This document shows, one piece after another, positions 29,776 to 39,651 of a stretch of DNA of 64,000 nt (within the stretch, counting starts at the first letter, position 1; the number at the start of each line of letters is the position of its first letter). The DNA lies in NCBI GenBank assembly GCA_963720755.1, contig CAVRGP010000002.1, forward strand, positions 192,001-256,000. Reading direction: 5' to 3'. A program made the translations under genes and the position numbers. The DNA is from an uncultured Chloroflexia bacterium (GTDB taxonomy: Bacteria > Chloroflexota > Limnocylindria > Limnocylindrales > CSP1-4). The notes under the pieces were generated by a model. The model saw only the letters and a program-made list of their open reading frames with translations. It ran no database searches and was not told where the DNA came from.

Positions 29776-30506
29776 ACGCGCCGAACGCCGCCGACGGCCC
29801 GTCCATCCTTGTCGTCGAGGATGATGAAGAGACGCGGCGTGCGCTCGTTCGCGAGCTGCAGCTCCGGGGTTACCGGATCGACCAGGCGGCCGATGGACGG
29901 TCGGCCATGAGCCGGTGGGAGCTCCACCGGCCCGACGTCGTGCTCCTCGACCTCGGCCTCCCCGATGTGGACGGACTCGATGTCATCCGGCGCATCCGGC
30001 GCGACGCGGCCACGCCGATCGTCATCCTGTCCGGCAGATATGAGGAGCGCGAGAAGGTCGCTGCCCTCGAGGGCGGCGCCGACGATTACGTGGTCAAGCC
30101 GTTCAGTGTCGATGAATTGCACGCCAGGCTTCGGGTCGCGCTTCGCCATGCGGCTGGTCCGGTCGGCGGGGCGACCGGACGCATCACAGCCGGGACCCTC
30201 GTCCTCGATACGGCCCGTCACGAAGTCCGGGTCGGCGCGCAGCTTGTGGAGCTGACGCCGCGCGAGTTCGAGATCCTGCGGGTCTTCCTGACCCACGCCG
30301 GGCGTCTCGTGACGAAGGGCCGTCTCCTGCGGGCCGTCTGGGGGGAGGCCTACCAGCGCGAGGACAGCTACGTCTATGTCTACGTCCACCACCTGCGCCG
30401 GAAGCTCGCTGCCGCCGATCCGAGCGGGGACCTGCGGGACCTGATCGTGACCGAGCCCGGTGTGGGGTATCGGATCCGCGAGCTCGGTGACCCTGGGCAA
30501 TTCTAG
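29772..30506 (+). CDS. kdpE: OmpR-family response regulator, KdpE-like
   Basis: LLDLGLPDVDG, KVAALEGGADDYVVKPF, TEPGVGYR. Confidence 0.88.
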   Translation: MNAPNAADGPSILVVEDDEETRRALVRELQLRGYRIDQAADGRSAMSRWELHRPDVVLLDLGLPDVDGLDVIRRIRRDAATPIVILSGRYEEREKVAALEGGADDYVVKPFSVDELHARLRVALRHAAGPVGGATGRITAGTLVLDTARHEVRVGAQLVELTPREFEILRVFLTHAGRLVTKGRLLRAVWGEAYQREDSYVYVYVHHLRRKLAAADPSGDLRDLIVTEPGVGYRIRELGDPGQF

Positions 30507-30573
30507 AGGCGCTTAAGACCGCCGGAGCGCTCGAGCGGACGGCCCTCTTGGGACCGTCCCGCACGCTGGGTTC

Positions 30574-30828
30574 ATGAACGAGGTCAGCGACCGGACGGCC
30601 GCCACCGCATCCGCACCCATCGATCACGAATTGCTGCTCATCAAGGAGGCGATCCTCATGGTCGCCTCAGGCCACTCGCCCCGCGTCATCCTGGCGGGCA
30701 TCCACTTCGGCGAGGCGCTGCTCGATCCTGGTCGGCGACTGGCACACGACGCCGGCGTCCAATTGATCCCTCTCCGGAGGGTGGACAACGCCCGTTCCGA
30801 CCTCGCGATCGAACGACTCGAGCGTTGA
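30574..30828 (+). CDS. Small hypothetical protein
   Basis: 84-aa ORF overlapping the start of the permease remnant. Confidence 0.55.
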   Translation: MNEVSDRTAATASAPIDHELLLIKEAILMVASGHSPRVILAGIHFGEALLDPGRRLAHDAGVQLIPLRRVDNARSDLAIERLER

Positions 30829-32068
30829 TCGGCGGTCGTCGCCTCCTGGCCGGCCGGAAGGTCGCCGATCGGCGGTCCGCCTCGAACGGCCACACACCCG
30901 CTACTTCCGCTACGCCGGGCCACGCACACTCGTCGCAAAGCCCGAGGCATCGGCGCCTCGAACGCCGTTCGGGCGGACGCTCGCGCGTGGGAAGGCGGTG
31001 CTGTTCGGTCGCCCATTGTCGATCCACGAGGAGATCAGTCAGCGCCTGAATGTCTTCACGAGCCTGTCGATCTTCGCGTCGGACAACATCAGCTCCTCGA
31101 CCTACGTGACCGAGGAGATCATGCGGGTCTCATCGTCGCCGGCGCGGGCGCCCTCGCGCTCTCCATGCCGATCACGACAGGCATCGTCATCGTGCTCGCG
31201 ATCGTGGTCACGAGTTACCGGCAGACGATCGCTGCCTATCCATCCGGCGGCGGCTCGTACATCGTCGCGAGCGACAACCTCGTGCAAGTCTCGACGGCGG
31301 TCCTGCTCGTCCTCGCTGCGAACACCTCGTTCGCCGACTTCCCTCGCCTGTCCAGCATCCTCGCGCGCGACGGGTTCCTGCCGCGGGTCTTCCAATACCG
31401 CGGCGATCGGCTGGCGCAGACGGCTCGCGATCAACGGGATCGGCGCGGTCACGACGGGAGTCGTTGCGGTGGAAGTTGCGTTCTCGAAGTTCCTGCTCGG
31501 CGCGTGGGTCGTCCTCATCCTCATCCCGATCCTCATCGCGATGATGCTGTTCATCCACCGGCAGTACAGCTCGTCTGCGGCCAAGCTGACCGTTCGGGCC
31601 GACATCCCGATCCCGGCGCCCCGTCGCGAAGAACGTGTCGTCGTGCCCGTCCCGGGCATCGATCGGGCGGTCATCCAGGCCATCAATGTCGGGCGTTCGA
31701 TCGCCGGCGATGTCCAAGCCGTCCTGGTGTCGGACGATCCGGATGTCGCCGCGCACGTCCGGGAGCGGTGGCAGGTCCAGCTCGCGGAGGTGCCACTGGT
31801 CGTGGTCGAGTCGCCGTATCGGGCGCTCGTGGGGCCGCTGCTCGCCTATCTGGACGTGCTCGATGACTCCTGGCCACCAGACAAGGAGGCGCCGATCACG
31901 TTCGTGGTGATCCCGGAATACGTCGCCCGAAGCTGGTGGGAGCGGATCCTCTACAACCAGTCGGCGCGGCGGTTGCGGGGCGCGTTGCTCGGTCGTCGTC
32001 ACACGGTGGTCGTCAACGTTCCGTACCGCCCCGAGGACGTGGATCCGACCAACTCGGCCGCGGCGTAG
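30825..32068 (+). pseudogene. KimA/YdaO-like APC permease remnant with large internal deletions and frameshifts
   Basis: LFGRPL, FASDNISSSTY.TEEI, SYRQTIAAYPSGGGSYIVASDNL joined directly to AANTSFADFPRLSSILARDGFLP; C-terminal ESPYR.LV.P and IPEYV...WWE domain. Confidence 0.8.
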
Positions 32069-32239
32069 GACGCGTCGCCTGCGAAGGTCCTCGGAATCAT
32101 GCCGGACGACCCACCCCTTCGATGCCGGACGACCCTGTGCGTGATCCGTCGCCGACGCTAGAACGTCCTTGCGCTGGATGGCACCCGTCGCGCGCGTGCC
32201 CGTCGATGGTGCCGCGCTCACGCGAAGGAGTGGGGTGAC

Positions 32240-33175
32240 ATGACGGCCATCGTCGTCGAGGGGCTGGTCAAGGACTACGGAAGCGTTCGCGCGGTCGACG
32301 GGGTCTCGTTCACTGTCGAAACGGGCGAGATCTTCGCCCTGCTCGGCCCGAACGGTGCCGGCAAGACGACGACCGTCGAGATCCTGGAAGGCCATCGCCA
32401 TCGGACGGCCGGCACCGTGTCGGTGCTCGGCGAGGATCCGGGGACGGCCAGCCGCGGGCTGCGCGAGCGGATCGGCATCGTCCTGCAGGAGGTCGGGTTC
32501 GACGAGGATTTCAGCCCGCTCGAGCTCGTCACCCTGTACGGGCGCATGTACCCGCGCCACCTGGATGCCGGCGATGTCCTTGACCTCGTTGGCCTCGCGG
32601 ACAAGCGCGCTGCGCGGGTGAAGACCCTGTCGGGTGGCCAGCGTCGCCGCCTCGACCTCGCACTCGGCCTGGTCGGTGACCCCGAGATGCTCTTCCTGGA
32701 CGAGCCCACGACCGGATTCGACCCTGGTGCCCGCAGGAAGGCGTGGGAATTGGTCGGGAACCTGCGCGCGCTCAATAAGACGGTGCTGCTGACGACGCAC
32801 TACATGGACGAGGCGGAACACCTCGCCGACCGGGTCGCCGTGATCGTCCGTGGACACCTCGTTGCCATCGGGACGCCCGAGGAGCTCCAGGCGGCCGACA
32901 AGGCAACGTCCGTCCTGTCGTTCCGACTTCCGACCGGCGTCGAGATCAGCGAGCTTCCCGCGCTCGACGGTGCCGTTGTCCACGACGGCCTCCAGTGGCG
33001 ACTCTCGACAGCGAACCCGACCCAGTCGCTCAACACGCTGACGTCGTGGGCGGTCGCGCGCGGCGTCGAGGTGCCATCGCTGGCGGTCAACCGCCCGTCG
33101 CTCGAAGACACTTATCTCGGGCTGGTCGCCGATTCCGGAGCGGACGAGTCTGCGGGCACGGCGGTGCCGCGATGA
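32240..33175 (+). CDS. ABC-2 type exporter ATP-binding protein
   Basis: GPNGAGKTT, LSGGQ, LDEPTTG, TTHYM. Confidence 0.92.
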   Translation: MTAIVVEGLVKDYGSVRAVDGVSFTVETGEIFALLGPNGAGKTTTVEILEGHRHRTAGTVSVLGEDPGTASRGLRERIGIVLQEVGFDEDFSPLELVTLYGRMYPRHLDAGDVLDLVGLADKRAARVKTLSGGQRRRLDLALGLVGDPEMLFLDEPTTGFDPGARRKAWELVGNLRALNKTVLLTTHYMDEAEHLADRVAVIVRGHLVAIGTPEELQAADKATSVLSFRLPTGVEISELPALDGAVVHDGLQWRLSTANPTQSLNTLTSWAVARGVEVPSLAVNRPSLEDTYLGLVADSGADESAGTAVPR

Positions 33176-34980
33176 GCACAGCCGCGACGCTCCACACTCC
33201 TCCCGTGCTTGCCGCCGGCCGGCCCGGCCCGGAGCGCCTGCTGCTCGACCAGTCGGTCTACGCGGGTCGGGAGCTGTGGCGGTCGCGTCTCGCCCTGATC
33301 TTCACGTTCGGGCTTCCGCTGATCTGGCTCACGCTGATCGGGATCATGGCCGGGAACGACGCCGTCGACGAGACGAGCGGTGTTCGCGTCATGCAATTCG
33401 TCACGCCGACGGCCGCGGTCATCGGCATGATGTTCGCGGCCTATCCACCCGTCGCCTACGGCCTGGGCCAGGCTCGCGAACAGGGGATCCTCAGGCGACT
33501 CGCGGGGACGCCGCTGCCGTCCTGGGCGTACCTCGCCGGGCGAGCAGTCGCGGCATTCGTGCTTGCCCTCAGCGCCGTGGCGGTCATGCTGCTGGTCGGC
33601 GTGCTCGCCTACGACGTCCAGATCATCTGGCGGACGTTCCCGGCAACCATCGTCACCGTCACCTTCGGGATCGTCTCGTTCACCCTGCTTGGACTGGCGG
33701 TCGGCGCCGTCGCTCGGTCGGCGTCGGGCGCGCAGAGCATCGCGACGGGCACGGCTGTTGCCGCCGCATTCGTGTCGGGGCTGTTCACGATCGGCCTGCA
33801 GCTGCCCGCGACGCTCGAATCCGTGGCGAGCTTCCTGCCGGTGCAACCCCTCGCCATCGCCCTGAGGAACCAGTTCAACCCGTTCATGGAAGGGAATGGT
33901 TGGGATGTACGAGCGCTGGTCGTGCTGGCCGTCTGGGGGATCGCAGGCCTCCTCGTCGCCGTGTGGGCGCTTCGCCGGACACCCGTGACCGCACGATCCG
34001 TTGCCTCCGCGCCAACTCCGGCCGCAGCCGCCCGAAGCGTGTCGACTCGCCCGGCCGGCGCCGGTCCGCTCGGGATGCTCCTCGACCAGATCTCGTGGGC
34101 CTCCCGCGGCTCGCTGCGCGACGCCGGCGTGGTCTTCTTCGCCGTGGCGATGCCGGTGGGGCTCTACGCGCTCATGGCGGCGTCGTATCCGAGCGAAGGT
34201 CTCGATGGGGCCGGCAGACTGTTCAACTTCGTCTTCGCCTGCTCGATGGCGGTGTATGGGATCGCTGTCGTCGGGTTCATCAACAACCCCGAATCGGTGG
34301 CGACGGCTCGGGAACGACGGGTGCTGAAGCGATTGCGCGGCACGCCCCTTGCGTCATGGCAGTATCTCGCGGGCCGGACCGCGGCCGTGATCTGGATCGG
34401 AGCGCTCACCGCGGTCCTCGTCTTCGGCGTCGGGATCACGTTCTTCGGCGTGCACCTCGCCGGACCCGCAGGGCTGGTGACCGCGGCGCTCGTACTCCTG
34501 CTCGGGACGTTGACGCTCGCCGCCTGTGGCTATGCCCTGGTGGCGCTCACAACGAGCCGGCGGGCGGTCGCGACGGTCGGGCTCGGCATCTTGCTCCCGC
34601 TCGCCTTCTTCTCCGACATCTTCGTCGTCGGGAATGTCCCAGACTGGATGGCCACCGTCGGGTCGCTCTTCCCGCTTCGTCACTTCGTCCACGCCCTGAT
34701 GGACTCGCTCGACCCTGCTGGAACGTCGGTCAACGGGTCGGACCTCGCCGTTATGGCGGCCTGGCTCGTCGGCGCCTCCGTGGTTGCGATCCGTCGGTTC
34801 CGTTGGGAGCCCGAAGGGGGAGGCACGGTCGGGGCCGCCGCCCTCGATGGCGGACCCCGCCATGGGATCCGCTCGCGGTTGGCTGGGCGTCGACGCCACC
34901 GGCTCCGAGACCACCTGCGCGGGATGCGACCCAAGTCGGAAGCCTTGGACGATCAGCCGGAGACGCGCGCGGGTCCCTGA
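33172..34980 (+). CDS. ABC-2 permease with two fused permease domains
   Basis: Repeated RE..(I/V)L(R/K)RL.GTPL.SW.YLAGR motif; ATGA overlap. Confidence 0.85.
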   Translation: MSTAATLHTPPVLAAGRPGPERLLLDQSVYAGRELWRSRLALIFTFGLPLIWLTLIGIMAGNDAVDETSGVRVMQFVTPTAAVIGMMFAAYPPVAYGLGQAREQGILRRLAGTPLPSWAYLAGRAVAAFVLALSAVAVMLLVGVLAYDVQIIWRTFPATIVTVTFGIVSFTLLGLAVGAVARSASGAQSIATGTAVAAAFVSGLFTIGLQLPATLESVASFLPVQPLAIALRNQFNPFMEGNGWDVRALVVLAVWGIAGLLVAVWALRRTPVTARSVASAPTPAAAARSVSTRPAGAGPLGMLLDQISWASRGSLRDAGVVFFAVAMPVGLYALMAASYPSEGLDGAGRLFNFVFACSMAVYGIAVVGFINNPESVATARERRVLKRLRGTPLASWQYLAGRTAAVIWIGALTAVLVFGVGITFFGVHLAGPAGLVTAALVLLLGTLTLAACGYALVALTTSRRAVATVGLGILLPLAFFSDIFVVGNVPDWMATVGSLFPLRHFVHALMDSLDPAGTSVNGSDLAVMAAWLVGASVVAIRRFRWEPEGGGTVGAAALDGGPRHGIRSRLAGRRRHRLRDHLRGMRPKSEALDDQPETRAGP

Positions 34981-35130
34981 GTCGTCAAGCCACCGCGTGA
35001 CCATCCATGGCCGATCTCGTAACGTTCTCGGGACGATGCATCGGGAGGATAGCGGATACTCACAGGAGCCCTGACGGCACGGCGGCGCGGCCCACTGTCG
35101 GTCCTGGTGCGCCGTCGTGAAGTCCTGCGA

Positions 35131-35634
35131 TCAGAGTTCCGTGGGAGCCGCCCCCAGGAGAAGATCCCACGCGTTCTGGGTGCCCACGATGATGTTGACC
35201 AGCGCCGCGGCGGCGACCAGCCAGAGGGCCGGCTCCCGATCGAGCGCAAGGCCGACGGCAGCCGCCGCCAGCACCCCCATCGCGACCGTCGGGACCACGA
35301 AACGGAAGATGATCCCGCGCGTGCTGTGCCGCCTCCGACGTGCGGCGGCGAAGGCTCCGATGGTGGACCAGCTCCCGAAGACCGCGATCGCCAGGAGCAA
35401 GCCGGCCTGGGTCGTCGGCCGACCCTCAGGGATGAGCATCGTCAGCGAGATCAGCAAGGGATAGAACAGGCTCGTGCCCGCCTCGACCGAGAGTGCCCGA
35501 ACCGGGACCTCGCCGCGCGCCCGCTCGAAATGGATCGACAGGCCGACGAACACGAGCCCGAGGAGTACGGCAGCAGCGCCAGCCAGTGCGACATAGAACT
35601 CGCTCCACTCGGCGAGCGCCTCCGCGGTGGTCAC
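35131..35634 (-). CDS. Hypothetical membrane protein
   Basis: WSEFYVALAGAAAVLLGLVFVGLSI...NAWDLL; GTGA overlap. Confidence 0.7.
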   Translation of the reverse strand: MTTAEALAEWSEFYVALAGAAAVLLGLVFVGLSIHFERARGEVPVRALSVEAGTSLFYPLLISLTMLIPEGRPTTQAGLLLAIAVFGSWSTIGAFAAARRRRHSTRGIIFRFVVPTVAMGVLAAAAVGLALDREPALWLVAAAALVNIIVGTQNAWDLLLGAAPTEL

Positions 35635-36371
35635 GAGGCGGGGCGGCCGACGACGGGGCTGGCGTTCCGGATCATCCGAACTGCCGCATCGATCCCATCG
35701 ACCCAAGGCTCCCCGTGTCCCGGCAACACGAGGCCCGCATCGAGGCCCACAAGACGCGACAACGATGCGACGGCCTGGGCCGGATCGGCCGTGAACGGCG
35801 CGATCCGCGGACCGCGATCACCGGTCGTGACCGCGTAGGTCGCCAAGGCATCCCCGACGAAGAGTGCGCCGAGGCGGGGTACGTGGAGCGCCGCGCTGCC
35901 CGGCGTGTGGCCCGGAACCAGCACGACGCGTGGGCTGCCGGGAACGTCCAGCGTCGCTTCGTCGCCGAAAGTGGACACCTCGGTGATGACCGGACGCCGG
36001 AGCCCGCCCCGGAGCAGCGAGAACCACAGGAAACCCATCAGCGGCCGCAGCCGGGTGGCGCCCATGCCCTTCGAAGGGTTCGGAACTTCTCCACGTGCCA
36101 GAGCGGCATCCGCTTCCTCGATCCAGACCGGGACTCGGTGCTCGCGTCGAAGCCGTTCGGCGAATCCGATGTGATCGCTGTGACCGTGGGTCAGGACGAG
36201 TGCCCGAACGTCGCCGATCGAGCGGCCCATGGATGCGAGCTCGGCCTCCAGTTGCCCGTAATAGCCGGGCACACCGGCGTCGATGATCGTGACCTCGCCC
36301 GCATCGTCGATGACGTAGGAGTTGACGATGCTGTCGCTTCCGATCCTGTTGATGCCTGGTGCGATCTTCAT
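35631..36371 (-). CDS. MBL-fold metallo-hydrolase
   Basis: THGHSDH, PGHTPG, GDA, PGHG. Confidence 0.92.
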   Translation of the reverse strand: MKIAPGINRIGSDSIVNSYVIDDAGEVTIIDAGVPGYYGQLEAELASMGRSIGDVRALVLTHGHSDHIGFAERLRREHRVPVWIEEADAALARGEVPNPSKGMGATRLRPLMGFLWFSLLRGGLRRPVITEVSTFGDEATLDVPGSPRVVLVPGHTPGSAALHVPRLGALFVGDALATYAVTTGDRGPRIAPFTADPAQAVASLSRLVGLDAGLVLPGHGEPWVDGIDAAVRMIRNASPVVGRPAS

Positions 36372-36469
36372 CGGCTGGTTCCGGACGCGTCCATGCCGCT
36401 AGCATGACGAACGTTCGGTACTGTCGTCGGGATGGCCCAGTTCGGTGTGGTCCCGCACGTCCGGTTGGT

Positions 36470-36790
36470 TCAGTTCCAGACGACCACGAGCGCCACGGCA
36501 GAAACATACAGTCCGATCCCATAGACCGTGTGGGTGGCGAGATTCCGTAGGTGTGTCGCTCGAGGATCGGGCGTCCCAGACGGCGCGATGCCAGCGCCCA
36601 TCCCCGGCTGCAGCACGAACCAAGGGGGACGATCGTGCCCAGACCGATCGCCAACGCCGGCCAGATCGTTGGGGTTCTGGCCCAATCGAGGCTCCAGACC
36701 CCGAGCAACAGGAAGGCGAGCGTGACGCCGATCGCATAGTGGGCAAGCCACCCGAGGGCACGCTCTCCCGCGACCGGCCCTATGGACGCT
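36470..36790 (-). pseudogene. DUF2938-like membrane protein, 3' fragment
   Basis: GWLAHYAIGV, PWFVLQPGMGAG and H.VYGIGLY spread across frames; no N-terminus. Confidence 0.6.
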
Positions 36791-36953
36791 CGAGCGTGTG
36801 CGGTCGTCGCTTGTTGCCTCCTATAGTCTATGGAACCCGAACCCGGTCCGTTCCGCGAGCGATGCCTCGCGAAGTCGCGACGAACCCGACGGGGTGACGG
36901 TCAAAAGGAGGCAGCGATCACGCGCTGCCCCACGAACAACGGAGGAACGTTCG

Positions 36954-37319
36954 ATGCTCACGCTCATGTCCGGCCTGCCAGATAGCGTGGTCGCCATCGA
37001 GGCTTCGGGCAAGGTCGAGGCCGATGACTACCGGACGGTGTTGGATCCCGCGGCGGCGGCGGCGATGAAGGCGCATGAGAAGGTGCGGCTCCTGTACGTG
37101 CTTGGCGATGCCTTCACGGGCTACAGCGCGGCGGCGATGTGGGAGGACACCAAGATCGGCTTTCACGACCTGTCCGCCTGGGAGCGCATCGCGGTCGTCA
37201 CCGACCACGGCGCCATGGCCGATGCCATCCGCGTCTTCGGGTGGCTGATCCCGGCCGAGGTCCGCACCTATCCGACCGGCCAGCTGACCGACGCCAAGGT
37301 CTGGGTCAGCGAGCCCTAG
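36954..37319 (+). CDS. STAS/SEC14 (SpoIIAA-like) protein
   Basis: GKVEADDY, AMWEDTK.G, WERIAVVTD, AKVW; GGAGG RBS. Confidence 0.85.
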   Translation: MLTLMSGLPDSVVAIEASGKVEADDYRTVLDPAAAAAMKAHEKVRLLYVLGDAFTGYSAAAMWEDTKIGFHDLSAWERIAVVTDHGAMADAIRVFGWLIPAEVRTYPTGQLTDAKVWVSEP

Positions 37320-37327
37320 CCCTGCGA

Positions 37328-38143
37328 ATGCCGCCGGACGAGCAGCACTCGAACGCCGAGAGCGCGGCGTACAACGACGCTTTTTGGCGTGACTATCTGA
37401 CCCACCCCAATTCGATGCTTCGGATCGGGCGACGGGTCTTCAGTCGCATCCCGAGCGACCCGCGATGCCATCAATGTGCTGCTCCGTTCACGGGCCCGGG
37501 GGCGCCGTTCATGCGCGCCCTCGGCAAAGGGCGATCCCCTGGCAACCCGAACATGTGCAGCACGTGCCATGACTTCATGATTCGCCATCACGGCGGCGCG
37601 GAGGTCGAGGCATCGCTCCTGTTCGCCGACGTCCGCGGCTCCACCACCCTGGCCGAATCGATGTCCGCAGGCGCGTTCCGCAACGCGATGGATCGGTTCT
37701 ACACGGCCGCATCCAGCGCGGTGTTTGCGCACGACGGCATCGTCGACAAGTTCGTGGGTGACGAATTGGTGGCCGTCTTTCCACCCAACCTGAGCGGTCG
37801 ACGCCACACCGCGCAGGCTCTCGAAACAGGACGGGCGCTCCTGCTGGCGACCGGCCATGCCGATCCGGGCGGCCCGTGGATCCCGGTCGGAGCCGCCGTC
37901 CATACCGGCCGGATGTGGTTCGGCGCCGTGGGCGACGGCGGGCACACCGAACTCACCGTCCTCGGCGACACCGTCAACACGACCGCACGCCTCGCCGCGG
38001 CTGCTGGCGCCGGCGAGATCCTGGTATCGGCAGAGGCGGCCACAGCAGCCGGACTCGATCCGAACCTTGAGCGCCGCTCGCTGGAACTGAAGGGCAAGGC
38101 CGAGGCCACGGAGGTCGTGTCGGTTCGGGTCGCGCCGGCGTGA
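37328..38143 (+). CDS. Class III adenylate/guanylate cyclase with N-terminal CxxC...CxxC module
   Basis: CHQC...CSTC, LFADVRGST, DKFVGD, GDTVNTTARL. Confidence 0.88.
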   Translation: MPPDEQHSNAESAAYNDAFWRDYLTHPNSMLRIGRRVFSRIPSDPRCHQCAAPFTGPGAPFMRALGKGRSPGNPNMCSTCHDFMIRHHGGAEVEASLLFADVRGSTTLAESMSAGAFRNAMDRFYTAASSAVFAHDGIVDKFVGDELVAVFPPNLSGRRHTAQALETGRALLLATGHADPGGPWIPVGAAVHTGRMWFGAVGDGGHTELTVLGDTVNTTARLAAAAGAGEILVSAEAATAAGLDPNLERRSLELKGKAEATEVVSVRVAPA

Positions 38144-38155
38144 GGCCGGCCTGGC

Positions 38156-38629
38156 TTAACCCACCGCTTTCTTCACGAGCTCGGTGATTCGTTCCTCGTT
38201 GGCCGTGGTCAGCTCGGTCAGCGCATAGGACGTCGGCCACATCGTCCCGTCGTCGAGGCTTGCGTGCTGGTCGAAGCCGAGCGTCGCGTATCGCTCCTTG
38301 AACTTCGACTTGGCCTTGAAGAAGAGGATGACCTTGCCGTCCCTGGAGTAGGCCGGCATCCCGTACCAGGTTCGTGGCACGAGGGACGGCGCGTTGGTCG
38401 TCACGATCGCGTGGATCCGCTCGGCCATGGCGCGATCGGGCTCGGGCATCTCGGCGATCTTCGCGAGCACGTCGCGCTCACCCTCGACGCGTTCGTCTCC
38501 ACCCTTGCGGCGCGACGCGGCCTTGCGCTCACGGGCGCTCTCCTGCATCGCGGCTCGCTCTTCGTCGGTCCAGACGTTGTCGGAAGTCGGAGTGGCGCTC
38601 TTCTTGACGGTCTGCTTTGAGTCGGTCAT
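38156..38629 (-). CDS. DUF1801 / iron-chaperone-like protein
   Basis: [26 protein letters not shown]. Confidence 0.85.
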   Translation of the reverse strand: MTDSKQTVKKSATPTSDNVWTDEERAAMQESARERKAASRRKGGDERVEGERDVLAKIAEMPEPDRAMAERIHAIVTTNAPSLVPRTWYGMPAYSRDGKVILFFKAKSKFKERYATLGFDQHASLDDGTMWPTSYALTELTTANEERITELVKKAVG

Positions 38630-38642
38630 GTGCGATCCCACC

Positions 38643-39074
38643 TCAGGCTGTCGCCTTCTGGGCGGCCTTGCCCTGCTGGAGGATCCGGATCGGGTTGCCG
38701 AACGGATCGCGAAGGCCCAGGTCCGTGCCGTAGAAGTGATCGGTGGGCTCCTGCGTGAAATCGGCCACACCACGCTCCTTGAGCGTCTCGTACAGGGCCC
38801 GGGCATCGTCGGTGATGAACACGAGGCCGCCCAGGGCTCCCTTGGTGATCAGCTCCCGCAGCTGCGCGGCGGTGGCTTCGTCGTGCAGGGGCGGACCTGG
38901 CCGCTCCAGCGAGACCTCGGTGCCCGGCTCGCCCGGGACCCGGACGGTGAGCCAGCGGTAGTCGCCCTGGCGGACGTCGTTGCCCTTCTCGAGTCCGAGT
39001 TTGTTGACGTAGAAGTCCAGCGCCTCGTCCTTATCGAGGACGTAGATCGAGGCGACATTGAGCCTGGTGATCAT
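38643..39074 (-). CDS. VOC (glyoxalase/bleomycin resistance) protein
   Basis: [21 protein letters not shown]. Confidence 0.88.
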   Translation of the reverse strand: MITRLNVASIYVLDKDEALDFYVNKLGLEKGNDVRQGDYRWLTVRVPGEPGTEVSLERPGPPLHDEATAAQLRELITKGALGGLVFITDDARALYETLKERGVADFTQEPTDHFYGTDLGLRDPFGNPIRILQQGKAAQKATA

Positions 39075-39106
39075 CGTGTGCGGTCTCCCTGGTGTCGATT
39101 TGGACT

Positions 39107-39568
39107 TCACTCACCGTAGGGCGGCAGCGCCGCGGCCGCTTCTCCAAAACTGCTCGATTGCCTGGGTTCCGCGACGGCCGCCAGCGGCCGCATCGCCGCG
39201 AGCTGGACACAGTGCGGCGCGACGATCGGCCCATGGCCAAGGCGGTAGCCGGACGGCGTCTCGCCCACGATCTCCCGGAATGTTCGACTGAACGTCCCAA
39301 GGCTGGTGAAGCCGACATCGAAGCAGATGTCGGTCACGCTTCGATCCGTCTCGCGCAGGAGGAACATCGAGCGCTCGACCCGTCGCCGCTGCAGATAGCG
39401 GTGCGGCGTCTCGCCAAAGACGGCACGGAAGCTGCGGCTGAAATGCGCTTCGGATAGACACGCCACCGAGGCCACCGCCGCCACGTCCAGGGGATCAGCG
39501 TAGGCGCGGTCCATGGCGTCGCGTGCGCGCAGGAGACGCCGGTTCAGGTCTTCGATGTCTCGGCTCAC
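39107..39568 (-). CDS. AraC-family transcriptional regulator
   Basis: LLRARDAMDR, FGETPHRYL, VGFTSLGTFSRTF. Confidence 0.9.
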   Translation of the reverse strand: MSRDIEDLNRRLLRARDAMDRAYADPLDVAAVASVACLSEAHFSRSFRAVFGETPHRYLQRRRVERSMFLLRETDRSVTDICFDVGFTSLGTFSRTFREIVGETPSGYRLGHGPIVAPHCVQLAAMRPLAAVAEPRQSSSFGEAAAALPPYGE

Positions 39569-39651
39569 GCTGCAACGCTACGCCATCGACGGGGAAAGGC
39601 GCTCCGGTGGCGTTGGCGGCGCCATCGGTCGGTCGCCTCGGACGGGTCGAC

